A stretch of DNA of 64,000 bases, from positions 2,976,001-3,040,000 of the forward strand of contig OZ271854.1 in NCBI GenBank assembly GCA_965601925.1, read 5' to 3'. Of this stretch, positions 37,332 through 46,738 are shown one piece after another. Within the stretch, counting starts at the first letter, position 1; each line of letters opens with the position of its first letter. A program made the position numbers and the translations under genes. The DNA comes from Alkalispirochaeta sp. GTDB lineage: Bacteria; Spirochaetota; Spirochaetia; DSM-27196; Alkalispirochaetaceae. Under the pieces are notes generated by a model. The model had not been told where the DNA came from. It did no database searches and was given only the letters and a program-made list of their open reading frames with translations.

Positions 37332-39046
37332 AGAGGTTCGAGACGGGGGCGTTCCAGGCGTTCCTTCGGACACTTCCCGATCCGTGCGTCGTGCGCGGCG
37401 AGGATGGTCGTATCGTAGGATGTAACGAGTTGGCCGAGCGACTTTTCGGTCGGTCCGCGCCCGAGCTCCTCCGGTGCCGTCTCACGGACCTCGTATCGAA
37501 ATCGGCGAGACGGCAGTGGCGGTACGCCGACGAGGTGTGTTTACGCGGCGAGAAGGTCATTAAGTTTTCCGTCTCGATGCCCGGACCGTCCGGAACGGTG
37601 CGCGTTCTGGCGGTGCGACAGCGTCGGTCGGTAGATGCTGCGGGCGCGGCGGTACTCGTATCCACCTTGCGAGAGGCCACCGTAGAGCACGAGATTCGGC
37701 ACGAACTCAATCAGCGCGAGCAGTTCGAAGGTATTCTCCTCGGTATCACATCGGAGTTCGTTAATCGAAGCTCGCGGGAGGTCGCACACTCCTTCTCCGG
37801 TGTTCTCGCCGCTGTGGCCCAAGCCCTCGGTGCCGGTGTCGGGCTCTTTTTCGCCTACGACCGAACGCATCACAACTTGGAACCGGAGAGTGCGTGGGTC
37901 GTAGACGGAGACCCGGATGAGCTGGTCGCGAACATCGGCGCGATAGAGACCGGCGAGCTACCGTGGTGGGAGCCGATCGGCCGTCAGGATACGTCGCGAG
38001 AGTCGAACACGCACATTTCGTTTCTTGATGCTCGGTACACCTCCTACGCGGTGTATCCCGTGCATACCCAATACGAGACCCTGGGAGCGCTCTTCTTTGC
38101 TTCGACTGAGGACGAGGTCGTACGGCGTTACGATGAGAGCCTCCATGTGATGAAAGTCGTCGCGCTCCTGTTCGCCAACGTTCTGGCGCGGCGCGAGATC
38201 GAAAAGTTGCTTAACAACTACTCCATCAATCTCGAAAAGAAGGTCCAGGAGCGGACGCAGGATCTGAACGTCGCCTACGAAACGCTCAAGCAAACGCAGA
38301 GTCAACTCCTGCAGGCCGGCAAGATGGCCTCCATCGGCCAACTCGCCGCCGGCGTGGCGCACGAAATCAACAATCCCGTAGGATTCGTCAAGAGCAATCT
38401 TCACAGCCTGCGGGAGTATGCCGATGACTTGCGAAAAACGATGGGAGAGGGGCACGACGAGCTGTTGGACGAGATGGACGAGATCATCGCCGAAAGTATC
38501 GAGGGAACGCGCCGCGTCGACTCGATTGTAAAGAATCTACGCACCTTTTCACGCATGGATCGCGGAGACAGGAGCCTCGGGAACATTAACGATCTTCTGG
38601 AAAATACGCTGACGGTCATTTGGAACGAGTTGAAATACAAAGCCGACGTCGTCAAAGAGTACGGTGAGATTCCGGAAATATACTGTTCTATCGATCAGCT
38701 GAATCAGGTGTTCGTTAATCTGCTGGTAAACGCGGCACAGGCTATCGAAGAGAAGGGGGAAATACGGATCAATACGGGCCTTGACGAGGGGGTAGTGATG
38801 ATCCAGATCGCCGATACCGGCCACGGCATAGAACCGAATAACCTGGAGCGCATATTCGACCCCTTCTTCACGACCAAAGACGTCGGGCAGGGCACCGGAT
38901 TGGGACTCTCGATCGTCTACGACATCATTCGCGCCCACCACGGCACGATCTCCGTGGACAGCACTCCCGGTGAGGGCACCGTGTTTACGATCAGTCTGCC
39001 CACCGATGCCCGGCCGTCCGATCGACTTTCCGACGCAGTCCTGTAG
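37328..39046 (+). CDS. PAS/GAF sensor histidine kinase (cytoplasmic)
   Basis: N-terminal PAS, H-box AGVAHEINNP, N-box NLLVNAAQA, DTGHGI, IFDPFFTTK, GTGLGL. ATGA overlap with the response regulator. Confidence 0.9.
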   Translation: MKRFETGAFQAFLRTLPDPCVVRGEDGRIVGCNELAERLFGRSAPELLRCRLTDLVSKSARRQWRYADEVCLRGEKVIKFSVSMPGPSGTVRVLAVRQRRSVDAAGAAVLVSTLREATVEHEIRHELNQREQFEGILLGITSEFVNRSSREVAHSFSGVLAAVAQALGAGVGLFFAYDRTHHNLEPESAWVVDGDPDELVANIGAIETGELPWWEPIGRQDTSRESNTHISFLDARYTSYAVYPVHTQYETLGALFFASTEDEVVRRYDESLHVMKVVALLFANVLARREIEKLLNNYSINLEKKVQERTQDLNVAYETLKQTQSQLLQAGKMASIGQLAAGVAHEINNPVGFVKSNLHSLREYADDLRKTMGEGHDELLDEMDEIIAESIEGTRRVDSIVKNLRTFSRMDRGDRSLGNINDLLENTLTVIWNELKYKADVVKEYGEIPEIYCSIDQLNQVFVNLLVNAAQAIEEKGEIRINTGLDEGVVMIQIADTGHGIEPNNLERIFDPFFTTKDVGQGTGLGLSIVYDIIRAHHGTISVDSTPGEGTVFTISLPTDARPSDRLSDAVL

Positions 39047-39075
39047 ATCCGAGGCGCGTCGGCGACCGGGTGAGG

Positions 39076-39225
39076 TCACTTCCGCCGTTTGAGCCACACG
39101 AGAAGTGCACCGAGGAGCCAGAATCCCACCGTTGCCAACAGCGCAGGCCATACGGCGCCGGAGTCTCCCGACAAACGGGAGATCCAAACGAGTGCGGTAC
39201 CGACGACGGCGATCACGATTCCCAT
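39076..39225 (-). CDS. Small two-helix membrane protein (49 aa), not in the ORF track
   Basis: MGIVIAVVGTALVWISRLSGDSGAVWPALLATVGFWLLGALLVWLKRRK*: two hydrophobic helices, a short loop and a basic tail. An upstream GTG at 39246 is an alternative start. Confidence 0.55.
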   Translation of the reverse strand: MGIVIAVVGTALVWISRLSGDSGAVWPALLATVGFWLLGALLVWLKRRK

Positions 39226-39268
39226 AACGCTTTGACAGTACACCACGAGCTCTCATAAAATGACAATC

Positions 39269-39511
39269 ATGCCCGTGGGAGAGTGGTTTCGGGCGTTTGG
39301 TACTACATCTCCGGAGGACTACTTCGAAGTCGCTCGTCGCGGAGACGACCGTCGTCTCCTGATTCGACACTTTCAATACGACTCACGATTTCGCCGGGTT
39401 TTACGGTCGTCGGAGCATTACGTGGAAGAGCGAGAGTGGCTCGATCTTATCGCCGCCAACGAGATCGTGCGGGTTGAGCGCGATCGAGTGCCCTTTCTCA
39501 TGCCGATGTGA
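39269..39511 (+). CDS. Small hypothetical protein (80 aa)
   Basis: A near-consensus promoter TTGACA-N18-TAAAAT (39232-39261) lies 7 nt before ATG 39269. The ORF fills an intergenic gap. Confidence 0.6.
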   Translation: MPVGEWFRAFGTTSPEDYFEVARRGDDRRLLIRHFQYDSRFRRVLRSSEHYVEEREWLDLIAANEIVRVERDRVPFLMPM

Positions 39512-39597
39512 CGCGCTGCGGTCATCGTAGTTCGAGTGTATCGGAAATCGTCGCATTAACATGCCCATCACGACACGTCCGCTCACACTGATTACCC

Positions 39598-39755
39598 ATG
39601 AGCGAGGATACACAAAGCGAAGAGGTCTTCATTCTCGGTGCCGGTTTTTTTAGAAGTGGCTACACGGCGCAATGCTTGTTATGGCGGATCTCGCGGCAGT
39701 CATCCAAGGGACCGCCGAGATATCGAGTCGCCTTGAGGATTTGAGCAGCGCTTAA
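39598..39755 (+). pseudogene. Possible N-terminal remnant of a SIR2-like (SIR2_2) gene
   Basis: MSEDTQSEEVFILGAGF, then after a one-base shift KWLHGAMLVMADLAAVI. This resembles the VFxLGAGFSK...MPxxxDL start of SIR2-like domains and ends at an early TAA. Confidence 0.35.
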
Positions 39756-39798
39756 TGATCCGGTCGAACTGAAGTGTGCGGCGCACAGTCGATTTTTC

Positions 39799-39860
39799 TT
39801 GACGAGACCGACATTCAGTTTGATAATACTGATGAAACGTTTCATGAAACGTTTCATCAG
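39799..39860 (+). promoter_or_regulatory. Promoter and tandem LacI-family operator
   Basis: TTGACG-N17-GATAAT followed by the 32-bp perfect palindrome CTGATGAAACGTTTCATGAAACGTTTCATCAG (39829-39860). Confidence 0.8.
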
Positions 39861-39920
39861 AAATCGGTAATTTCGATGCGTACCGTCGGTATGCGCGTTT
39901 CTGCCGACGGCGAGGAGTAT

Positions 39921-40934
39921 ATGACCCGAAGGATTACGATCAGAGACATCGCCAAACACGCCGGGGTATCGGTAGGTACGGTCTCCAACGTCCTCAATGA
40001 ACGGCCCAAGGTCGACGAGACGCTCCGGGACCGGGTGCGCACTGCCGTGGCGGAGTTGAACTATCGTGTGAATGTCCACGCCCGGGGCATGATCCTGCGT
40101 CGTAGCTTCAACATCGGTGTCGTTATCCCCTCGTTGACCGATCCGTTCTTCCCGCAGTTCGCGTCGTCCCTCGAACAGGCGATCGAAGATCGGGGGTCTC
40201 ACGTCATCATCGCCTCATCTCGCAGCGATGCGTCGCGCGAACGGGCGGTGTGCGAATCCCTCGTCGCAAAGCAGATTGACGGTCTCATCCTCACGCCCTG
40301 TTGCCGGGAGAACTGCGAATACTTCAACGGCTTGGTTGCCGACGGGCTCCCGATCGTGCAACTCGGGCGCTACTTTGAGGAGATTCACGCTCCAATCGTC
40401 AGGGCGGAGAACTTCGAGACCGGGCGGGCGGTCGTCGAACGCCTCTATCGTCTCGGACATCGCCGGATATTGCACCTCGCGGGTGTACCCGACAGCAATC
40501 CGGACATCGAACGGGCGCGGGGTTTTCGAGAAACGGTTGCGACCCTCGGTATCCGATCGGGGTGTACCGTCCTCGACGCCGACGACCCGATGTGGCGGGA
40601 GCGTATCACTCGGCTGTTCGCCTCCGACGATCCGCCGACCGCCGTGTTCGCCGTAGACGACCTGATCGCGTTCTCGTTTCTCAAGCTCGCGCGTCGGCTC
40701 GGGGTCGAGGTGCCGAGCGACGCGTCCCTCGTCTCCGTCGGACCCTTCTTTCCCCCTGAAGCCATGGTGATGGACCTCAGTACCTATACACTCGATCCGA
40801 AGCATATGAGCGGCGCTGCGTCCGAACTCCTGTTCTCCCGGATCGACGGAACGGATTCGGGTGCGGCGGATCGCGCGACCGGCGTTGTGGCTCCTACGCT
40901 CTACGTTGAAGGAGAGACAACCCAATCGTTGTAG
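39921..40934 (+). CDS. LacI-family transcriptional regulator
   Basis: ITIRDIAKHAGVSVGTVSNVLN HTH, ELNY, IDGLIL, VPSDASLV. GAGGAG SD. Confidence 0.95.
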   Translation: MTRRITIRDIAKHAGVSVGTVSNVLNERPKVDETLRDRVRTAVAELNYRVNVHARGMILRRSFNIGVVIPSLTDPFFPQFASSLEQAIEDRGSHVIIASSRSDASRERAVCESLVAKQIDGLILTPCCRENCEYFNGLVADGLPIVQLGRYFEEIHAPIVRAENFETGRAVVERLYRLGHRRILHLAGVPDSNPDIERARGFRETVATLGIRSGCTVLDADDPMWRERITRLFASDDPPTAVFAVDDLIAFSFLKLARRLGVEVPSDASLVSVGPFFPPEAMVMDLSTYTLDPKHMSGAASELLFSRIDGTDSGAADRATGVVAPTLYVEGETTQSL

Positions 40935-40985
40935 GAACTTTCCGATGTGATCGGCAAGAAACGTACCAAAAGGAGGAGACGGCGT

Positions 40986-42260
40986 ATGCGCAAGTCAATC
41001 GCTTGGTTTTTTGTACTGATGGTTTCCGCTGCAATGCTGTTCGCCGCCGGCGAACAGGAGGGCGGGGTGGCGGACGAGGTGACCACTCTCCGCGTGTGGG
41101 GGTGGTTGTTCAGCCAGGGAGAGGGCCCCGTGCTGCGCGACCTGATCGCGGAGTTCGACGAGTCTCGGGAAGACATCGTCGTAGAGATCATGGAGATACC
41201 GTGGAACCAGGCCCGCGACCAAATCCTCGTAATGAGTCAGGCCGGAGACCTGCCCGATCTCATCGGCGTGAACCGTAACTGGTTGTTGGAGTTCATCTCG
41301 CTGGGATTGATCGCAGACCTGACGCCCTACGTAGAGCGGGTGCCGGGGCTGCGAACTCAGTTTTTTGAGGCCGTGCGTGGTGAGTACGACGGGCGCGTGT
41401 GGGTCATGCCGTACAGCGGCGGAAACTCGGCTCTGGTGTACAACAAGACGCTTTTTGACGAGCTCGGGTTGGAACCTCCGACGACGATGGACGAGTTCGT
41501 GGAGATCGGACGGCAGATCGCCGATCCGGCTTCAAACCGATTCGCAACGCAGTTCGGTATATCGGAAGCGAATACTACCGGCGCCAACGTCTGCAACATC
41601 GGTCCGATCCTATACAGTTTCGGAGGCGCGTACATCGAGAACCGGCGAGCCGCGTTCAACGGCCCGGCGGGTGTCGCCGCGCTGGAATGGATGATCGAGC
41701 TGGAGCGAAGCGGCATTGCCGCTCCCGGTTCGACGACCGTTGATGCGCGTGGTATGCGCGAGATGATGGCCGGAAATATCGCCGCCATGACCTTCGACGG
41801 TGCATGGGGCACGCCGTTTTACACCAACTACCCCGAGATCGAGATCGGTGTCGCGCCGATGCCGCGCGGCGCCAATGTCGGGACGGTAGTCAATATTGCG
41901 AACTGGGGCATCGCGGAACAGTCGGAGAACAAGGAAGAGGCGTGGGATCTCCTATCCTTCCTGATGGAACCGGAGAATATGCTGCGCCTCTTCCGGGAGG
42001 CCGAAGCCATGCCGATCATCTCGGAGTACGCACAGCTGCCGGAGTTCGCCGAGAAGGCCGGGTTCCTGGATACCCTCGCGGCGTCCGACAACTACTTCCA
42101 GACCGGGTCGGTCCCACGGGAAAGCGAACTCTATCGCCTCGTCGTGCGGGCGTATCAGGAGGCGTTTCTCGGCGTAAAGACGCCGCAGGAAGCGCTCGAC
42201 GATGCGGCTGCTGAGTATGACGCGATCCTCGCCGAGTTTTTCTCGCAGACTCGGTCGTAG
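40986..42260 (+). CDS. Sugar ABC transporter solute-binding protein
   Basis: Signal peptide MRKSIAWFFVLMVSAAMLFAAG, LPDL, YNKTLF, PPTTMDEF, AMTFDGAW, TPQEALD. Confidence 0.9.
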   Translation: MRKSIAWFFVLMVSAAMLFAAGEQEGGVADEVTTLRVWGWLFSQGEGPVLRDLIAEFDESREDIVVEIMEIPWNQARDQILVMSQAGDLPDLIGVNRNWLLEFISLGLIADLTPYVERVPGLRTQFFEAVRGEYDGRVWVMPYSGGNSALVYNKTLFDELGLEPPTTMDEFVEIGRQIADPASNRFATQFGISEANTTGANVCNIGPILYSFGGAYIENRRAAFNGPAGVAALEWMIELERSGIAAPGSTTVDARGMREMMAGNIAAMTFDGAWGTPFYTNYPEIEIGVAPMPRGANVGTVVNIANWGIAEQSENKEEAWDLLSFLMEPENMLRLFREAEAMPIISEYAQLPEFAEKAGFLDTLAASDNYFQTGSVPRESELYRLVVRAYQEAFLGVKTPQEALDDAAAEYDAILAEFFSQTRS

Positions 42261-42345
42261 AGTCGGAATGGTCCGTCGGTCGAACACGCGCCCGTGCGGC
42301 GTCGATCGGCGGAGCGTCGTCGAATAGGCCGAACAGGGGCGTAGC

Positions 42346-43236
42346 GTGCGAACATCAGATGCAAAACACCCGGAGCGCGGATTCATCGTCCCGATGTTGG
42401 TCTTTCTTCTCATGACGACCTTCGTGCCGATCGTGTACGTGGTCGGACTGAGTCTCTTTGACCACTACCTTCCCGCGAATCGCATGACCTTTGCCGGTCT
42501 CGGGAACTATGCACGCTCTCTCCACGACGCGGATTTCTGGCGATCGGTCGGAAACAGTGCGGTCTACGTCGCGGCGTCGACCGTGTTCCATCTGGTCGTC
42601 GCAATCGTGTTGGCGCTCCTCCTGGACCGAACACGCAAGGGGTTCGCACGGACGGCGGCCGGGGTGCGCAACCTCCTCATTGTGCCATGGCTTCTTTCGT
42701 GGGCCGTTGCGGCCGCGTTGTGGCGCCTGATTTTGAGTCCCTCAGGTGTGTTAAACGCGTACCTGATGCGGATCGGCTTGATTGAACGTCGCATTCCGTG
42801 GTTCGGTACGCCCGGCGCGGCCATGGCCTGGATTGTCGCCATCACGGTGTGGAAGGCCTTTCCCTTCTTCATGATGCTGGTCTACGCTGCCGTGACCACC
42901 GTTCCGAACGAGTTGTACGAGTCGGCGGAGATCGACGGTGCCGGCCGCCTGCGACGTTTCGTGCATATCACCCTGCCGGGGATCTACCCGACCGTATTGA
43001 CCCTCGTTGTGCTCGACGTGATCTGGTCGCTGCGGCAGTACGACATCATCTTTCTGACGACGGCGGGCGGACCGTTGGATACGACCCGCACATTGACCCT
43101 CCACGTCTACTTCAGCGCGTACGAGCAGCTTCGATTCGGTCTTGCGGCGGCTCAAGGCGTGTTTATTCTGGCGGCGGCGAGTCTGCTCTCGTTCATATAC
43201 ATCGTGTTGTACGAGCGGTTGGAGGAGGAGCGATGA
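42346..43236 (+). CDS. Carbohydrate ABC transporter permease (MalF-like)
   Basis: LYESAEIDGA loop, IVPW, TAGGP, FGLAAA. Confidence 0.9.
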   Translation: MRTSDAKHPERGFIVPMLVFLLMTTFVPIVYVVGLSLFDHYLPANRMTFAGLGNYARSLHDADFWRSVGNSAVYVAASTVFHLVVAIVLALLLDRTRKGFARTAAGVRNLLIVPWLLSWAVAAALWRLILSPSGVLNAYLMRIGLIERRIPWFGTPGAAMAWIVAITVWKAFPFFMMLVYAAVTTVPNELYESAEIDGAGRLRRFVHITLPGIYPTVLTLVVLDVIWSLRQYDIIFLTTAGGPLDTTRTLTLHVYFSAYEQLRFGLAAAQGVFILAAASLLSFIYIVLYERLEEER

Positions 43237-44075
43237 GGCGGACGACGAAATACTCCCCCGGTGGTGAGGTGCTCTGGTTCGTCTCCGTAGGCCTTACCCT
43301 GATCGTCGTGTTTCTACCGATCTACTGGATGATCGTCGGTTCGCTCCGTCCGAACACCGAACTGTTCCGGTTTCCGCCGCCGCTCTGGCCACAGGACTTC
43401 ACGTTCGAGGCGTATGGCTCCATACTCGCGGACTTCGGGTTCGTTCGATCGCTGACGAACACGGTGCTGGTTGCCGGTCTGACGACCGCGTCGGCCCTCG
43501 CGATCGCAACCTCCGGTGCGTACGGGATGTCGCGCTACCGGTTTCGCGGGCGAAAAGCCCTGCAGTACTATATCCTGGCGACGCAGATGCTGCCGGTCGT
43601 CCTACTGACCCTACCGTTCTTCGTCGCATACTCGGGTCTGGGGCTCTACAACACGCGTATCGGCCTAGTCATTGCCTACGTCTCCTTTACCGTGCCGTTC
43701 TGCGCATTGACGATGCTCGGATTCATCAACGGTATTCCCCGGAGCATGGACGAAGCGGCGTGGATCGACGGCGCCGGCCCGTTCCGCACCTTTGTCGTGG
43801 TCATCGTCCCCCTTAGCAAAGCGGGGATCGTCGGAACCGGTGTGTTTGCGTTCGTCAACGCCTGGAACGAGTACCTCATGGCGGTCGTGCTCACCTCCTC
43901 CGACCGTGCCCGGATGTTGGTCGTCTGGATCGGAAACAAGATAGGGCAGTACGACATCCAATGGAACGAGTTGCTCGCCGCGACCGTCGTTGCCTCGATA
44001 CCGCTCATCGTCCTGTACGGAATCGTGCAAAAATCCTTCGTTCGGGGCGTCACTGCAGGGGCCGTGAAAATGTAG
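43233..44075 (+). CDS. Carbohydrate ABC transporter permease (MalG-like)
   Basis: ATGA overlap after GGAGGAGG, DEAAWIDGA, AWNEYL, GVTAGAVK. Confidence 0.9.
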   Translation: MRRTTKYSPGGEVLWFVSVGLTLIVVFLPIYWMIVGSLRPNTELFRFPPPLWPQDFTFEAYGSILADFGFVRSLTNTVLVAGLTTASALAIATSGAYGMSRYRFRGRKALQYYILATQMLPVVLLTLPFFVAYSGLGLYNTRIGLVIAYVSFTVPFCALTMLGFINGIPRSMDEAAWIDGAGPFRTFVVVIVPLSKAGIVGTGVFAFVNAWNEYLMAVVLTSSDRARMLVVWIGNKIGQYDIQWNELLAATVVASIPLIVLYGIVQKSFVRGVTAGAVKM

Positions 44076-44133
44076 GAGACGGGTCCGACGCACGCCTACG
44101 GGAGTAGAACCGAAAACGGGGAAAGGGATAGAT

Positions 44134-45585
44134 ATGGCGCAACCGAACATCGTCCTGCTGCTGGCCGACGACATGGGCTACGGCGACATCAGTCACTACG
44201 GAACGTCTCGATTCGCCACACCGAACATGGACTATGTGGCGCGTCGCGGCATGACGTTCACCGATATGCACTCGACCTCCGCGGTGTGTACGCCGAGTCG
44301 CTATGGTCTTCTCACGGGACGCTACTGTTGGCGTACATGGCTGCAGAGTTTCGTCCTCGGAGGGTTCGGTGCCCCACTGATCGAACCCCAGCGACCGACG
44401 TTGGCGTCGGTGCTCAAAGGCGTGGGGTATCGCACCGCGGCGGTCGGCAAGTGGCACTTGGGTCTCGAATGGTACACCCGGGGCGGCGCGCCGCTACGGG
44501 AGAGTGACCGCGACGGCTGGAATACCGATGGGTTCGATGTCGACTACGAGCGCGGCTTCGGCGGCGGTCCGTGCGCCCTCGGGTTCGATAGCTGGTTCGG
44601 TATCTCCGGATCGCTCGATATGCCGCCGTACTGCTACCTTCGGGACGATCGCGTGCCGACCATACCGGAGGAAGAGAAGCGGACGTACTACGCCCAACAG
44701 CGTAGAGGGTTGGCTGCGGATGGGTTCGACGACTATCGCGTCGACCTGGACTTCGCCGATCGCGCCGAGGCGATCATCGATCGGCACGCGGCGGCGCACT
44801 CGGACGAGCCGCTTTTCCTGTACTTCGCCACGCCGGCGCCCCATCGCCCGTGCCTCCCTCCTGCCTGGCTCAAGGGGCGTTCCGGCGCCGGGCACCGGGG
44901 GGACATGGTGTTGATGGTCGATCACATCGTCGGGCGTCTGACCGCCGCGCTGGGACGAAACGGGATGGTTGAGGACACGATCTTCATTGTCACGAGCGAC
45001 AACGGCGGCCGCCTGACAAATTACGACGGTAGGGACTACGGACACAAAACGAACGGCGACCTCCGGGGACAGAAGGGTGACATCTACGACGGGGGCCATC
45101 GGGAACCGTTCCTGCTCATGTGGCCGCGGATAGTCGCGCCGGGATCCCGGTGTGACGAGCTACTCTCCCTGGCCGACGTTATGGCGACCTGTGCGGAGCT
45201 GGTCGGCGCTCCCATATCCGACGACGCGGCTGAGGACAGTCGGAGTTTTCTGCGGCTGCTTCAGGGGCAACCTTCCGATGAGCCCATCCACGAGGCCGTC
45301 ATCCACCACGCCCTCGACGGGATGTTTGCCGTGCGTATGGGCCCCTGGAAGGCGGTTCTTGGGATGGGGTCCGGTGGATTCAGCGAGCCCCGCCGATACA
45401 CTCCCGGCGACGGTGAGCCGGAGGGACAGTTGTTCCACATCGTCGACGACATCCGCGAAACAAACAACCTGTGGAAGAGTCGGCCGGACGTTGTAGACCG
45501 TTTGAGAGCGATATTGGATCGTTATCAACGGGACGGACGGAGCAGGCCGACGTATCCGTTGCGGAGCGACCGGCAAAGCCTTTGA
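44134..45585 (+). CDS. Arylsulfatase (Cys-type)
   Basis: PNIVLLLADDMGYGD, CTPSRYGLLTGR, GKWHLG, TSDNG, RGQKGDIYDGGHR. Confidence 0.95.
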   Translation: MAQPNIVLLLADDMGYGDISHYGTSRFATPNMDYVARRGMTFTDMHSTSAVCTPSRYGLLTGRYCWRTWLQSFVLGGFGAPLIEPQRPTLASVLKGVGYRTAAVGKWHLGLEWYTRGGAPLRESDRDGWNTDGFDVDYERGFGGGPCALGFDSWFGISGSLDMPPYCYLRDDRVPTIPEEEKRTYYAQQRRGLAADGFDDYRVDLDFADRAEAIIDRHAAAHSDEPLFLYFATPAPHRPCLPPAWLKGRSGAGHRGDMVLMVDHIVGRLTAALGRNGMVEDTIFIVTSDNGGRLTNYDGRDYGHKTNGDLRGQKGDIYDGGHREPFLLMWPRIVAPGSRCDELLSLADVMATCAELVGAPISDDAAEDSRSFLRLLQGQPSDEPIHEAVIHHALDGMFAVRMGPWKAVLGMGSGGFSEPRRYTPGDGEPEGQLFHIVDDIRETNNLWKSRPDVVDRLRAILDRYQRDGRSRPTYPLRSDRQSL

Positions 45586-45708
45586 CATCGGTGTGGGAGT
45601 ACTCACCGCGTCGGGGCGGCAAAGACTGGCGAAAATGCCAGTTCTTGCGATACCGTTCACACCCCCGTGCGAGGATGGCATTATCGCGCTTGTCGGCATA
45701 TAAAGAAA

Positions 45709-45734
45709 TGGCCACGTAAATATCTACGTGGCCA
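45709..45734 (-). terminator. Rho-independent terminator after tRNA-Asp
   Basis: TGGCCACGTA-N6-TACGTGGCCA hairpin followed by TTTCTTT on the minus strand. Confidence 0.75.
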
Positions 45735-45751
45735 ATGCTTATGGTTATATG

Positions 45752-45825
45752 CGGGAGTGACGGGGATCGAACCCGCGATCTCCGGCTTGACAGGCCGGCG
45801 CGATAACCAACTTCGCTACACCCCC
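45752..45825 (-). tRNA. tRNA-Asp(GTC), CCA not encoded
   Basis: Acceptor stem GGGGGTG/CACTCCC, anticodon arm CCGGC-CTGTCAA-GCCGG, T-loop GGTTCGATCC, discriminator G. Confidence 0.95.
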
Positions 45826-45871
45826 TCATCGTTACGTCACCGATGGTGTCGTAGCGACTCGTGTGGATGGT

Positions 45872-45900
45872 GTTGTACCCCGTTTGGACAGGAGTGTCAA
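45872..45900 (-). promoter_or_regulatory. Sigma-70 promoter of tRNA-Asp
   Basis: TTGACA-N17-TACAAC on the minus strand. Confidence 0.6.
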
Positions 45901-46017
45901 GTCGGTTTTGTCCCTTTGTGCGGGCCTCTGCGTCCCACCCACCGAAGCGTGGCCTCGCTCTTCACCGAGTTATCATTCTCCGGCGGGATCATCCCGTCGA
46001 ATCACCGCAACGTCGCC

Positions 46018-46722
46018 TTACCGCCGCCGAAATACCAACTCATCGCCCTCGCGGTGATGGATGAGGCGCAGCGCATGGTGCTCCTCGATCCATCGGATCG
46101 TCGCGGCGGTGAGAAACCACACGTGCGTCGAATCGCGGCGATACCACCATCGCAGAAACTGTTCGGCATCGGTCGCGCCGTTCGTCGATCTCTCGCGGGG
46201 ACGAAAAACGCCGGTTCGCACCATGAGCGTGCCCGACGGCCGAAGTAATCGGAGCACGCCCTTCAACTCTCGATCCGGGTCGTGTAAGTGTTCCAGTACC
46301 TCGAGGGCGACGATCGCATCGTATCGGCTTGTCCCTTCCAGACACGATCGGTCCGCGGCAAAAAAAGGGTCGAAGCTCTGCACGGACACTCCTTCCTCGG
46401 TGAGCAGTGCACTCAACATCGGCGTCGGACCCGATCCGAAATCGAGCACATCCGCTCCGGCGGGCAGATAGGGAAGAATCGACGACACCATATAGCGATG
46501 TACATACCGCCGGTAATCGGTGTTGTCCGGATCGTTATCGTGCAGGAGATACCGTGCGCGCTCCTCTGCGGGCGAGGGTAGATGAGGCGCAGCCAGCTGT
46601 ACCGCGCCGCATTGCGGGCACCGCTCGTAGCGTCGCGCGGCCTCGTCGCAAACCCAAAAAGCGGCCCCGCCGCCGCAGAGACGGCATGCACTATATGACT
46701 GCGTTGACCGAGATAGCTCCAC
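46018..46722 (-). CDS. Class I SAM-dependent methyltransferase with an N-terminal Zn-ribbon
   Basis: CRLC...CPQC, LDFGSGPT, FDPFF, EVLEHL, WWYRRDSTHVWF. Start codon uncertain. Confidence 0.8.
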   Translation of the reverse strand: MELSRSTQSYSACRLCGGGAAFWVCDEAARRYERCPQCGAVQLAAPHLPSPAEERARYLLHDNDPDNTDYRRYVHRYMVSSILPYLPAGADVLDFGSGPTPMLSALLTEEGVSVQSFDPFFAADRSCLEGTSRYDAIVALEVLEHLHDPDRELKGVLRLLRPSGTLMVRTGVFRPRERSTNGATDAEQFLRWWYRRDSTHVWFLTAATIRWIEEHHALRLIHHREGDELVFRRR

Positions 46723-46738
46723 TTACTATATTGTAACC

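Noticed and set aside
39829..39860. CRISPR repeat or transposon end
   Set aside because: A single copy with no spacers, cas genes or transposase. It matches a LacI operator.
45752..45800. Integrative element or prophage at tRNA-Asp
   Set aside because: I found no integrase, phage genes or second copy of the tRNA 3' end in the window.
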